This document shows positions 39,556-49,848 of a stretch of 64,000 bases of DNA, in pieces. The DNA lies in assembly GCA_963422305.1 (NCBI GenBank), contig OY729422.1, forward strand, positions 4,267,985-4,331,984, written 5' to 3'. Position numbers and translations under genes: made by a program. The stretch's first letter is position 1. Each line of letters opens with the position of its first letter. This stretch comes from Bryobacterales bacterium (GTDB taxonomy: Bacteria > Acidobacteriota > Terriglobia > Bryobacterales > UBA6623). The notes below the pieces were generated by a model, which did not search any database, was not told where the DNA came from, and was given only the letters and a program-made list of their open reading frames with translations.

Positions 39556-41654
39556 GCAAAGTCTCCGGAATAAAGAGCTTGGGGGTAACGCTCCCGAATC
39601 GATCCGATTTTGCGGCCGACAGCGTAGATGGCGTCGCCACGCCATTGCCGCGGCAATTCGTAACGCTCTATGACATGCTTGACCCACTCGTATTCTGCCG
39701 ACTTCTGTTCCAGGTATGGGCCGGTTTCAAAATGGACTATCTCGAAACCCGCCGCTTCGAGAAGGTAATGTACGTCGCGGGGAGCGAATTCACGAGCGTG
39801 GCGAGGGTCGACCATGCCGTTCGCGTCCGGCTTCATATATTGATGAAAAAGCCCGGGATGGTAATTCAAAAGGAGCGCCGCCGCGGCCCGGTAGCTGCAG
39901 GCATTCGGCGTCGACAATACGAGATGCCCGCCCGACCGAAGGATGCGGTTGACTTCGGCCATCAAATGCATCGGGTCATCGTAAAGATGTTCAATCAGTT
40001 CGCAGCAAAGCACCGTGGCGAACGAACCGTTCTCATAGGGGTAGGCGTCCCGCTCGGCGTTGAAAAGATCGATTTCACAGCAGAAGCGATCTCCGCAAGC
40101 GCTGGTGACTTCGCGAATATCCGTCTTTCCAGGCCGGCCAAGATAGCTGCCACGCACTTCTCCGTATCCCAGCTTCGAAGCAAGTGCCGGAGTGATGTGC
40201 ATGTAAGCGCCCATCTCCAGGATTCGATCACCGGCCGTTCCCGCAGGCGTGATCTCCAAAGTACGCACCAAGCGGGTGATATGAGCCTCCACGTAGGCCG
40301 CCTCATCGCCGCGGTCAATGCTCCAGGATCGGATATACTCGGCCAGACTACCGCCGGTGGTTAGAGAAGCCGCTGGTTCGGGCTCCGGTTGCCGCGGCGT
40401 CGGCTCTCGACTGTTTTCTTGCTTGCTCTCAGGGAACTGTCGTGTTTTCAATGTGGCGGCGGCACTTACGCGAGTTTCTTGCTCTCCGATGCGGTTTTTA
40501 TCCGCAATCCAGTCGGCGAAGTCTTTCGCCGCCCGGGGCCAGGAGCATTCGGCGGCAGCGTAGTTGCGAGCCCGTGCGCCGAGACCGCGCGCCGCATCGG
40601 GTCTCGTCACAAGCAGGTTGAGGTACTCGGTAAGCAGATCGATTTCAGCTTCTCCAACAGGGACCTTCAAGCATGTTCCAGCGGGTAGATCGGCGAATGC
40701 GCCCACATCGGAGACAATGACCGCGCGGCCGAGCCCGAGCGCCCGCAGCAAGACGCCGGAAGTTTCGCCAGCAGTAGGGTAGCGGAGGTTGAGACAGATA
40801 TCCACTGCGCCGACGTACTGCTCGAACTCGTCGGTTGGCACGTAGCCTAAAACCTGCACATACCCGCCGAGTCCCAAGCGGTCAATCACATCATTAACCG
40901 GAAAGTCCTCGTGCTCCTCACCCACCAGAATCATGCGGACGCGCGGTTCCAGACGAACAAGCCGTTGCATCGCTCGCAGCGACTCCCGGATGCGTTTATA
41001 CGGTTTGAGAAATCCGAAAATGCCGATCAGCGGCGTTTCCGGCTCGATGCCGAGTTTCGTACGGTAAAGATTGCGGTTGACTTCGGGGATCCAGGCCCCA
41101 TGCGGAATCCTTTTGACGGGATGCACAGCGCCGGTCGCGCGCACTCTGCGCACCATGAAATCACTATGCACGATCGTTGCCTTCGCGGACTCGATTACGC
41201 GCCGGCTTAAAGCAACATTGTCGTAGTCGGGACCGATCTCGAGCTTGCGAACGCGCTGGGCATACGCCAGCGCCTCCAGCCCGGCTTCGTACTCGACTTC
41301 GCGAAGGTATCCATCCCAGTCCCCGCGCTTGATCGTGGCGGCAGCCACGAGGTGATGCAGGTTGTATTCATGAAGAAGGTTGATGCCGGGATGCCGCAGC
41401 GCAGCATCGTAAATGTAAACGTGGTAAGGGTTGTTCCCAAACTGGTAGAGCGTTTCGTCGAATTCTTCCGGAGCATATTCTCGACAGCTGCGAATGGAGA
41501 TCCGCGGCGCGTTCGGGAAACCGTCGGGCGTGTAGCTACCGTCGGTAAATACGGTGATATCCAGATGCTCGGCCAAGTGCGGCAGGAGCGCCTGCGAATA
41601 ATCCGCAATACCGGATTTGACCGGACCGAGTGGAGTGAAAACTGCGAGCTTCAC
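39552..41654 (-). CDS. GT4 glycosyltransferase fused to SAM-dependent methyltransferase
   Basis: SGIADYS, LRYPTAGETSG (GT-B); linker; ILEMGAY, CCELIEHL, LRSGGHLVLSTPN, HAREF (class I MTase). Confidence 0.88.
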   Translation of the reverse strand: MKLAVFTPLGPVKSGIADYSQALLPHLAEHLDITVFTDGSYTPDGFPNAPRISIRSCREYAPEEFDETLYQFGNNPYHVYIYDAALRHPGINLLHEYNLHHLVAAATIKRGDWDGYLREVEYEAGLEALAYAQRVRKLEIGPDYDNVALSRRVIESAKATIVHSDFMVRRVRATGAVHPVKRIPHGAWIPEVNRNLYRTKLGIEPETPLIGIFGFLKPYKRIRESLRAMQRLVRLEPRVRMILVGEEHEDFPVNDVIDRLGLGGYVQVLGYVPTDEFEQYVGAVDICLNLRYPTAGETSGVLLRALGLGRAVIVSDVGAFADLPAGTCLKVPVGEAEIDLLTEYLNLLVTRPDAARGLGARARNYAAAECSWPRAAKDFADWIADKNRIGEQETRVSAAATLKTRQFPESKQENSREPTPRQPEPEPAASLTTGGSLAEYIRSWSIDRGDEAAYVEAHITRLVRTLEITPAGTAGDRILEMGAYMHITPALASKLGYGEVRGSYLGRPGKTDIREVTSACGDRFCCEIDLFNAERDAYPYENGSFATVLCCELIEHLYDDPMHLMAEVNRILRSGGHLVLSTPNACSYRAAAALLLNYHPGLFHQYMKPDANGMVDPRHAREFAPRDVHYLLEAAGFEIVHFETGPYLEQKSAEYEWVKHVIERYELPRQWRGDAIYAVGRKIGSIRERYPQALYSGDFA

Positions 41655-41685
41655 GATAGGCGCGAGCAAACCACCGGAGGGTTGC

Positions 41686-42381
41686 CTAGCGCAATAATTT
41701 TAGCGAAAAAGTGCCGATGTCGAACGGCACGCGCACCAACAGCGGCGTCCGCGCGGCATCCTTGGCGAAGTAAATCTCAAAGTTGTGCAGAGAGTCCGGC
41801 CCCATGACATCCACTAATATCTTGTCGGCCTCTTGACTTCCGTGGGCTGTCGACAACTGCAGCGTCTCAGTAAACGTCAGGCTGACGAGATAACCGGCGC
41901 CGAAGTAGAGGTCGTCCGGCGGAGGGATGCGGCCCATCGCCAAACTCTGCCGCAGAAAGTATAGGAAGGCCAGGGCATCCTTGGCGCACGGAGGCGCTTC
42001 GAATGTGCTCTTGCCGCCGGGGCCGGAGGGGGTCATCGTTGTGCGCTCGACTCGATTCGCCTCTTGATCGAAGAGCAGCGTTTCGTTCGCGGTCTTCTTG
42101 CCGTGGCGGGTATCCTTCTTGAACTCCCGGGAACAAAGCTCAGCGTCCGTCAAGGAGCGGTAGGAGTCGTCGATTTCGATGGTCGGCAGGCTCGCCTTGA
42201 GCGCCAACTCGAAATCCCAACCGTCCGAGCCGGCTTGCGTTCGAAACTCCGCTTCTCCGAGCGTAAGACCGCTGGGCCAAGCCACATCGTAGCGCAGACG
42301 TTCACCGCTTGGGAAAGGCAGCGTCTCGGCAATCCCCAGGCAGGTCGCCCACAAAACCGCAAAGAGCCACAAGAAAATCAC
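41686..42381 (-). CDS. DUF3108-like exported protein
   Basis: Signal peptide then FPSGERLRYDVAW..LGEA, DALAFLYFLR, YFAKDAARTPLLV; GTG overlaps upstream TGA. Confidence 0.72.
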   Translation of the reverse strand: MIFLWLFAVLWATCLGIAETLPFPSGERLRYDVAWPSGLTLGEAEFRTQAGSDGWDFELALKASLPTIEIDDSYRSLTDAELCSREFKKDTRHGKKTANETLLFDQEANRVERTTMTPSGPGGKSTFEAPPCAKDALAFLYFLRQSLAMGRIPPPDDLYFGAGYLVSLTFTETLQLSTAHGSQEADKILVDVMGPDSLHNFEIYFAKDAARTPLLVRVPFDIGTFSLKLLR

Positions 42382-43523
42382 CGGACGGTCAATTCGCGCT
42401 CGCGCTGGAGCTTCTGCTGCTTCTCGGCAACGCAATAGTAGATATCGAGCGTCTTCGACGCCGCGGCCCGCCAGTTGAAATGCTGCGCCCTTTGGAGGCC
42501 TTTTTTCGCCATGCGTTCGGAAAGCTCGGCATCCAGAAGCAGATCGCGGATCGCCCGCATTTGCTTTTCGACGGAATCGGGACGAAACAGCAACGCCGCG
42601 CCGTCGACGACTTCCGGCAACGCCGCAGCGTCGGAGCAAGCCACCGGCCGGCCGCAGGCCATCGCCTCGATCACGGGCAGACCAAAGCCCTCATACCAAG
42701 ACGGAAACACGAAAACGTCGGCAGCGTTGTAAAGCGCTGGCAGCAACTCATCGTCGACAAACCCGGTAATAACGATGCGGTTTTCCGCACCGGAACGCCG
42801 TATTTCCGTAAGTACCCGCGGAGAAAAACAAGTGTGCTTCCCGGCCAGTACTAAGTGGTGCTTCAGCGAAGGGTGATTCTTGACGAGCTGTCCGAACGCC
42901 CGAATTAGACCGATCTGATTCTTGCGGGGGCACCAGTCGCCGACGTGCAATATATACGGCTTGTCAATGCCCAGAGCCCGATTCACCTTAAGCATCGAAG
43001 TCTCCCACTTGAACGGCCGGAATTGCTCTTGCGGACCGTTGGGCGTGACGGCGATGTCCACCGGGTCGAGCCCGTACGCCTTGGCGATACGCCTTCTTGA
43101 AAACTCGCTTACCGTGATGACTTGCGCCGCGTTTCTCAGGGTGCGTCGCGTCGAAAGCCGCAACTGATTCGCGCGAAACTTCGAAAAATACTCGGGATGG
43201 TCGATGTAGCTCACGTCGTGAACGGTAACGACGACCGGCGTCGGACAAAAAAGCGGCGCCGTATATTGGACGTGCAAAAGATCCGTCGGGTTCTTCTCAA
43301 ACCCCAGGCTCAATTCCCAACCGAGCCGCACGAAAGGATTGCGCGAGACGTATACGGCGTTGCAATTTTCCGGAATCCACGCCTCCGCCTCGGGCGCCGT
43401 GATGTATGCCGTGAACTCGGCAGAGCGGTCCAGATCCGCATACTTCTGAATCAGGCTGCGGATATAGACTTCATTGCCTGTCACCCGCTGTCCGATGGTG
43501 TGCGCGTCTATGCCGACTCGCAA
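42378..43523 (-). CDS. Glycosyltransferase family 4
   Basis: VTVHDVS, PRKNQ, FPSWYEGFGLPVIEAMACG. Confidence 0.93.
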   Translation of the reverse strand: MRVGIDAHTIGQRVTGNEVYIRSLIQKYADLDRSAEFTAYITAPEAEAWIPENCNAVYVSRNPFVRLGWELSLGFEKNPTDLLHVQYTAPLFCPTPVVVTVHDVSYIDHPEYFSKFRANQLRLSTRRTLRNAAQVITVSEFSRRRIAKAYGLDPVDIAVTPNGPQEQFRPFKWETSMLKVNRALGIDKPYILHVGDWCPRKNQIGLIRAFGQLVKNHPSLKHHLVLAGKHTCFSPRVLTEIRRSGAENRIVITGFVDDELLPALYNAADVFVFPSWYEGFGLPVIEAMACGRPVACSDAAALPEVVDGAALLFRPDSVEKQMRAIRDLLLDAELSERMAKKGLQRAQHFNWRAAASKTLDIYYCVAEKQQKLQRERELTVR

Positions 43524-43545
43524 GGGGAAAACAGAAGACACTGGA

Positions 43546-44793
43546 TCAGCCGGCGCCTTTCGACTTCGATTCCGACCATATCTCGGCGAACGATCGGTCC
43601 AAAGTTTCCCAGGCAACCGGCCAGGAACAATACTTTTTGAATGTCTCCCGCCCATTGCGGCCCAGGCATTCTGTGGCGTCCCGATTCCCTAACAATTCAA
43701 GAATCGCTTTGACCCACTCGGCAGGACTGCGCGCTATTTTCAAGTTTTCTCCGTCCCGCGCAGGTAAGCCTTCGGCCCCGACCGGCGTGGAAACAACGGC
43801 GCATGAGGCAGCCCACGCCTCTACGATTTTAACACGGGTGCCGCTGCCCGCTAGTAGAGGCACGATAACTATCCTTGACTTCGCCAACTCCTCGACTGCA
43901 TTTTTTATCGGCCCTGTAACTTGAATATTATTATCGTCACGCGCCCAGACGCGAATACGGCCCGCATTTTTTCCGATAATACGCCATGTTAGCGCCGGGC
44001 GTTGCTCTTTGAGAATCGGCCAGACCTTTTCCCGAAAGTAGTTGAGCCCTTGAAGGTTGGGGTGATATTCGAGGTTGCCGGAAAACGCAATGGAATCCCC
44101 GTGCAGGGGTTCCTCATTCGCTCGGCGAGGGTCGTCGCAAAGAGGAATCGCGTTTGGATAGACGATCGTTTTTGCATTGCGGTGCAACGCCAAAACCCGC
44201 GCCCGATCGTCTTCGGAGGCGACAAGGATGCGGTCAAATTGAGGAAAGAATTTGTGTTCGACCTCCTTCGCCAGTGTGTAAAAGCGCATATGCGCCCAGC
44301 GCTCCGCACGAAGCCCGGAAGCAGCACAGCTTCGGTGCAGCGCCGATTCCACGTTATGTAAATCCAATACAATCGTGCGGCACCGCGGCCGCAGTTCGTC
44401 GATGTAGCAGGCGCACCACAGGTGCTCGATGATGCCGATGTCCCAATGGCGGTTTGCCAGCAAACTCCGCAGCCGCCGCCTACTGCTTGCGCCGCAGAAG
44501 CGATCCATGAGTGGAAGCCTGCGCCGCAGAAGACGAACGCCGTTGCGGACAACTTTTGCCGGCAAGTTTTTCGAGTGGAGCGGCAAGGCGATACCTGCCG
44601 CCGAGGCGCACAGTCCGTCGGGCAGCGCCCGGACGCAAGTCGCGGAGCACTTTTCGTGAAAACCGATCAGATCGACCGTAGAGCGTCTTGCAAGGTAGTG
44701 CAGCAGACTGCCTGTGCGCATCGGGCCGCCGCCCTGGAGGGGATAGGGGCATTCCGGCGCGAGCAGCAACGAACGCTTGTTCCCGTTTACCAT
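43546..44793 (-). CDS. Glycosyltransferase family 4
   Basis: PYPLQGGG, HNVES, VPLLAGSGTRVKIVEAWA, STPVGAEG. Confidence 0.9.
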   Translation of the reverse strand: MVNGNKRSLLLAPECPYPLQGGGPMRTGSLLHYLARRSTVDLIGFHEKCSATCVRALPDGLCASAAGIALPLHSKNLPAKVVRNGVRLLRRRLPLMDRFCGASSRRRLRSLLANRHWDIGIIEHLWCACYIDELRPRCRTIVLDLHNVESALHRSCAASGLRAERWAHMRFYTLAKEVEHKFFPQFDRILVASEDDRARVLALHRNAKTIVYPNAIPLCDDPRRANEEPLHGDSIAFSGNLEYHPNLQGLNYFREKVWPILKEQRPALTWRIIGKNAGRIRVWARDDNNIQVTGPIKNAVEELAKSRIVIVPLLAGSGTRVKIVEAWAASCAVVSTPVGAEGLPARDGENLKIARSPAEWVKAILELLGNRDATECLGRNGRETFKKYCSWPVAWETLDRSFAEIWSESKSKGAG

Positions 44794-45845
44794 ACCTGAA
44801 CCGCCTCCAGATAGAGCTCGCGGGTCAAGCGGGCGGTTCGCCGCCAATCGAAAGCGGCGGCGCGGGCAGCGCCGGAGGCGCGCAGCCGGCCGGCAAAATG
44901 TGCGTCTTGCACTACCGACAAAACGGCCTCACAAAGTCGCTGCGGAGAATCGGCTGGCACATGCACGGCGCACCCGCCGGCGACCTCGACCAGCGCCGGG
45001 TCTTGCGACGCGATGACGGGTACGCCGAGGCTCATCGCCTCAACCATGGGCAGACCGAATCCCTCATACAGGCTAGGGTAAACAAGCGCAGCCGCCCCCG
45101 CGAGCCAGGCGGCTGTCTCGGAATCGTTCGCCGGACGGACCTGCGTCAGTCCCTGCTCGTCGAACAAACCCGGCTTCGCCTGACCGATCAGAACCAGCCC
45201 CAGATCGGTCCGGCGTTGGCGAGCCAAGCGCCACGCTTCCACCAGCACTGCGATATTCTTACGCGGGCCATGGTCGCCGAGATGCGCCACATAGGGATCT
45301 GCATGCATCCGGCGCGGCATGTCCGGTCGAAACGGCGCGACGCCGTGGGAGATACTTCGAATTCTCGTTTTCGACAACCCAAAATATTTCACGGCTTCGC
45401 AGCGAATCGCCTCGGTCGGCGTGAGAATGCGCGTAGCCAAGGACAGCAGGTACGGCGTACGGCTACGGACGCGTTCCGAACCCTCGGATCGAATAGCGCC
45501 CCGCCGCCAGGGAGAGAGATCGTGGAGCGTCAGGATCGCCGGCATCACCGGAATGTAGGGAACGGAAAAATCCGTTCCGTGGAACACGTCCGCTCGCAGG
45601 CGCAGCAGCGTCAGCGGCAGCCCCAGACTCCACCATTTGGCCCTTGCAAGCACGGAACACGGCGCAATGGCGAAAATGTTCCGCCGCGTCTGAATTCTCT
45701 CGGGCAACGAGACTGCCCGATCGCTGACCAGAAAAATCTCATCGCGCGGGTTTTCGTCGGCAAGCGCCAACGCCAATTCGACGGTATAGCGGCGAATGCC
45801 GCCGGCGGGCAGCGTCAGCGGAGCGGCGTCGAGAGCAATGCGCAC
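44787..45845 (-). CDS. Glycosyltransferase family 4
   Basis: GGIRRYT, TLHDL, YPSLYEGFGLPMVEAMSLG. Confidence 0.93.
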   Translation of the reverse strand: MRIALDAAPLTLPAGGIRRYTVELALALADENPRDEIFLVSDRAVSLPERIQTRRNIFAIAPCSVLARAKWWSLGLPLTLLRLRADVFHGTDFSVPYIPVMPAILTLHDLSPWRRGAIRSEGSERVRSRTPYLLSLATRILTPTEAIRCEAVKYFGLSKTRIRSISHGVAPFRPDMPRRMHADPYVAHLGDHGPRKNIAVLVEAWRLARQRRTDLGLVLIGQAKPGLFDEQGLTQVRPANDSETAAWLAGAAALVYPSLYEGFGLPMVEAMSLGVPVIASQDPALVEVAGGCAVHVPADSPQRLCEAVLSVVQDAHFAGRLRASGAARAAAFDWRRTARLTRELYLEAVQVW

Positions 45846-45878
45846 GGTAAAGGCTTGGTGTGAGGCGCCGGAGTCGAG

Positions 45879-46355
45879 TCACAACCGGCTTTTGTACTTG
45901 CGAAGTAACTCGTACATTATGATCCCGCCGGCCACGGCGACATTCAAGGACTGTTTCATTCCCAGCATGGGAATGCGCACGAGAGCATCGCATTCGGCGG
46001 CTAGCTCCGGTTTGGTTCCTTCTACCTCGTTCCCGAAAATCACGGTCAACGGAAAACCCGGATTCCACTCAAAAAAGTCTTCCGCATGAGCCGATGTTTC
46101 GACCGCGGCCAGTTGATAGCCTTGAGTTTTGAGGGATCGAACCGCCGCCAGGGGATCACGGCGATGCTCCCATTCGACCTGATGCTCGGCGCCGAGCGCG
46201 GTCTTTGCAATCCCGGGATGTGGGGGGCATCCGGTATAGCCCGTGAGAACGAGCTTCGAGACGCCTGCGCCGTCGGCATTGCGAAAAAAAGCCCCTACGT
46301 TGTAGGCGCTGCGGATTCGGTCGAGCAGGACGACTACGGGCAGCCGCTCGTTCAT
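45879..46355 (-). CDS. TrmH/SpoU family RNA methyltransferase
   Basis: IRSAYNVGAFFR, FGNEVEG, IPMLGMKQSLNVAVA. Confidence 0.93.
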   Translation of the reverse strand: MNERLPVVVLLDRIRSAYNVGAFFRNADGAGVSKLVLTGYTGCPPHPGIAKTALGAEHQVEWEHRRDPLAAVRSLKTQGYQLAAVETSAHAEDFFEWNPGFPLTVIFGNEVEGTKPELAAECDALVRIPMLGMKQSLNVAVAGGIIMYELLRKYKSRL

Positions 46356-48067
46356 CGGGAATCCATGCTGCCGCGGCGGAAGTCCTTCATGTTGAGTTGC
46401 CAGCCGCCCCAGTAGGTATCCGGTTCGACGGTGAACGCCATATCGAGGCGTGCGCCGATTCCGATGTCGGCGCCCTGCTCGGCCATGCGCCAGCCGATCG
46501 TGCTGAAAGTGTGGTCGTCGTGCTCTACCTGCAGCTTGAGATGGCGGTCTTTGATCACCTTAGGCTGCGTCTTGACCACCACGTTCGGAGCGGAGAATAC
46601 CGGCGTGGGGTTGCCTAGGCCGTGAGGTTGCAGTTGCCCGAGATCCTCCATGAAGCGGTCGGTGATTTCTGCGAACGGCAGTTTGCCGTCGAGATCGAGC
46701 AACGGCACGAAATCTTCGGCGCTGAGGGCGTTCGTCGCGTAGTCGTTGAGCGCCTCGCGCAAGGCCGTCACGCGGTCAACCTGAATCGTGCAGCCGGCGG
46801 CTTGCCTGTGACCGCCGAAGCGTTCGAAGATTTCTGCGGCCGATTCGAGGCCTTCGAGCATATGAAACGCAGAGATGCTGCGCGCCGAACCTGTGGCCAT
46901 GCCGCTTTCCGCATCGACGCTCAGCACCAAGGTCGGACGATGGTAACGTTCGGCGATCCGGCTGGCGACAATCCCGATTACGCCGGGGTGCCAACCTTCG
47001 CCTGCAACGACGATGAAGGGAATCACATCCGGCGAGGGGAGATGACCGAGGCGCTCGACAATTTCAGCCGCCACGTCGCTCTCGGCGCGCCGGCGCTCGC
47101 TGTTCAACTCGTCAAGCCGCTGCGCGATGTCTTCGGCTTCCCTTTCATCGCGGGTGGTAAGCAGCGTGACAATGTCTTTGGCATGGTCCATTCGGCCCGC
47201 GGCATTGATGCGCGGCGCGATACGAAAGCCGACATCGCCGGCGGTGATTTCCGCCTTGTCCCGCAAGCCGGCGACGCTGAGCAAGGCTTTCAGTCCCGGC
47301 GTCACCGGCCGTCGTAGCCCATCGAGACCGACCCGTGCGAAAACGCGGTTCTCGCCCAGCAGCGGGACCATGTCGGCGATTGTTCCGATGGCGACAATCT
47401 TGAGCATCGAAGCAAGAATCCTTCTTCGTTTAGAGTCTTCCCAATCCGACTCGGTCAGCAACGCCTGGATGAGTTTGAATGCGATGCCGGCGCCGCAAAG
47501 GTACTTGTTCGGGTAGGCGCAGCCGGGTTGGTTGGGATTGAGCACGGCCAGAGCCTTGGGAATTTCTTCTTCCGGTAGATGGTGATCGGTAACGATCGTG
47601 TCGATTCCGACCTCGCGGGCATGGTTCACGACTTCGCTTTCGCGGATGCCGGTATCGACGCTGATCAACAACCGCACGTTATCGCACGCCGCGGCCTCCA
47701 CGACCTCGGTGCGCATCCCATAACCCTCTTGAATGCGGTGCGGAACATGAAAGGTCGCGACGCCTCCAAGCAGCTCGATGGCCGTTTTCAGCAGGACAAC
47801 GCTGGTCGTTCCGTCGACGTCGTAGTCGCCGTAAACGAGAATGCGTTCGCGATTCGCAACCGCGCCGCGGATGCGCTGCACGGCGGCGCGCATGCCCAAC
47901 ATGAGGAACGGATCGTGAAGCGCTGAAAGGCTGGGCTTTAGGAAGCTGTTGATGTCTTCGACGCCGCGCTGGGCGAGCAACTGAGCCAGCAGAGGGGAAA
48001 CGCGGTAGTCCGAACGGATCCTCTCAACTAAGGCGGTTTCATGCTGCCGATAGACCCAGTGCTTCAT
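46352..48067 (-). CDS. recJ: Single-stranded-DNA-specific exonuclease RecJ
   Basis: GDYDVDG, TDHH, GTIADMVPL, PRINAAGR, GGHRQAAG; start MKHW overlaps the upstream stop. Confidence 0.96.
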   Translation of the reverse strand: MKHWVYRQHETALVERIRSDYRVSPLLAQLLAQRGVEDINSFLKPSLSALHDPFLMLGMRAAVQRIRGAVANRERILVYGDYDVDGTTSVVLLKTAIELLGGVATFHVPHRIQEGYGMRTEVVEAAACDNVRLLISVDTGIRESEVVNHAREVGIDTIVTDHHLPEEEIPKALAVLNPNQPGCAYPNKYLCGAGIAFKLIQALLTESDWEDSKRRRILASMLKIVAIGTIADMVPLLGENRVFARVGLDGLRRPVTPGLKALLSVAGLRDKAEITAGDVGFRIAPRINAAGRMDHAKDIVTLLTTRDEREAEDIAQRLDELNSERRRAESDVAAEIVERLGHLPSPDVIPFIVVAGEGWHPGVIGIVASRIAERYHRPTLVLSVDAESGMATGSARSISAFHMLEGLESAAEIFERFGGHRQAAGCTIQVDRVTALREALNDYATNALSAEDFVPLLDLDGKLPFAEITDRFMEDLGQLQPHGLGNPTPVFSAPNVVVKTQPKVIKDRHLKLQVEHDDHTFSTIGWRMAEQGADIGIGARLDMAFTVEPDTYWGGWQLNMKDFRRGSMDSR

Positions 48068-49848
48068 AACTCGGTCTGAACGAGCACACTGCCGCCGGCA
48101 TCGAGATCGCGAGCCGCAGGAGTCACGATGGTTCGCTTGGCGATATATATTTTCGCGTTTCCGGCAATCGCCTTGCGCACATCGCTCTCGCAAACGAACC
48201 GGACGGGGCGGACCGCGGGTACCGGAGGCAGAGGCAAAACCGGTTCCGGAGCGGCGCGCCGCGCAGCCGCATGAAGCGGAGTTTTCTTACTCGATAGAAA
48301 ACGGTCCACGACGGAAACAGCCGGCGAGGGCTCCGCCACGGGCGGCGGCATGATCCGCGGCGATAACCCCCGGTTCGTTAAATACTCGTCAACACGGGCG
48401 GTGACCCCTGTCGGCGCCACGGACATGGAAACACCCTCGCCCGACGACTCTCCGGCGAAGTATTTCCCGGCTTCGGGGCTGATGAACGCTTCCTCGGGAG
48501 AGCGTATATGGCGGGCGATACGTTTGACATGCAACAGATGCATCGGCCCCACGTTGTCACCGGTCGAGTTACCGGCGACCGCGCCGCAGCCCAACGTCAT
48601 CGCGGGGAAGACGCCGGTCGTAATGCCCGTCGAACCTTGCGGCGCCGGCGTGTTCACCAACACGCGGAACGCTGGCGCGCGGCGGCCATACTCCATGATG
48701 TTCACTTCATTCTCGGAGTGGATGACGCAGGTATGCCCGCGTCCGCCGAAATTCAAGACCCCCACGCAGGCATCGACCGCTTCGTTGAATGTCTTGACGA
48801 AGTAAACCGAAAGCACCGGAGACAGCTTCTCCGCCGACAACGGGTAATCGCGGCCGACGCCTCCAATCTCAACGGTCAGAATGCGCGCTTCGTCCGATAC
48901 CGAAAACCCGGCCAGTGATGCAATCTTTTGCGGAGACTGACCGACGCAATCGGGGTTGATGCGGAAGTCCTGCGTAAGCAGAAGCTTTTCCAACTGGGCC
49001 GTTTCTTCGTCATTGCAGCGATGAGCGCCGTTGGCTTCGAGCGCAGTCCAGACCCGCTCGCGATGCTGTTCGCTGACTACGATCGTCTGTTCGCTCGAGC
49101 AAACGGTCCCAAAGTCGAACGATTTGCCGTCCACAACCAGTTCGATAGCCTTCCCGATATCCGCGGAATCGTCGATCAGCACGGGAACATTGCCCGGCCC
49201 GACGCCGATGGCCGGCTTGCCGCTGGAATACGCCGCTCTGACGATGCCGGGACCGCCGGTCGAAAGAACGATGCCCGTGCGCTTATGGCGCATCAGCTCG
49301 TTCGTGCCCGGGATGGTGGCTTCGTTGACGCACTGCACGATGCCTTCCGGCGCGCCCGCGGCCTCGGCGGCTTCAGCAAGCACCCGCGCCGCTTCGCAAG
49401 TACACCTGCGAGCGCGCGGATGCGGACTGAACACAATCGCATTTCCGGCCTTTAAAGCGATCAGGCACTTGTAGAACGCCGTCGAAGTCGGATTCGTCGT
49501 CGGCAGCACCGCGGCGACAACGCCTACCGGCGCCGCGATTTCGGTGATGCCTTCCTCCGGCTTTTCGGCCAGCACCCCGATCGTTTTCAGAGGGGCGATC
49601 TTCTGATGAAGCAGGTCGGAGTTGAGCAGGTTCTTGGCAATCTTGTCTCTGACATTGCCGTATCCGGTCTCCTCGACCGCCATGCGCGCCAAGGTCTCGG
49701 CGTTGGCGCGCGCTGCCCCCGCGACGCGGTCGACGATCGCGTCAACCTGTTCCTGGCTGTAGCCTGCGTATTGCAGAGAAGCCCGGTAGGCTGCCTCTAC
49801 TTTTGTGCGAACTTCCTGGATTGAGCGCAGATCGCTGTCTTCGAGCAT
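48064..49848 (-). CDS. CoA-acylating aldehyde dehydrogenase (EutE/PduP-like), microcompartment-associated
   Basis: PTTNPTST, GVGPGNVP, catalytic SFDFGTVCSSEQ, EKLSP, TLGCG; about 150-aa C-terminal extension. Confidence 0.9.
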   Translation of the reverse strand: MLEDSDLRSIQEVRTKVEAAYRASLQYAGYSQEQVDAIVDRVAGAARANAETLARMAVEETGYGNVRDKIAKNLLNSDLLHQKIAPLKTIGVLAEKPEEGITEIAAPVGVVAAVLPTTNPTSTAFYKCLIALKAGNAIVFSPHPRARRCTCEAARVLAEAAEAAGAPEGIVQCVNEATIPGTNELMRHKRTGIVLSTGGPGIVRAAYSSGKPAIGVGPGNVPVLIDDSADIGKAIELVVDGKSFDFGTVCSSEQTIVVSEQHRERVWTALEANGAHRCNDEETAQLEKLLLTQDFRINPDCVGQSPQKIASLAGFSVSDEARILTVEIGGVGRDYPLSAEKLSPVLSVYFVKTFNEAVDACVGVLNFGGRGHTCVIHSENEVNIMEYGRRAPAFRVLVNTPAPQGSTGITTGVFPAMTLGCGAVAGNSTGDNVGPMHLLHVKRIARHIRSPEEAFISPEAGKYFAGESSGEGVSMSVAPTGVTARVDEYLTNRGLSPRIMPPPVAEPSPAVSVVDRFLSSKKTPLHAAARRAAPEPVLPLPPVPAVRPVRFVCESDVRKAIAGNAKIYIAKRTIVTPAARDLDAGGSVLVQTEL

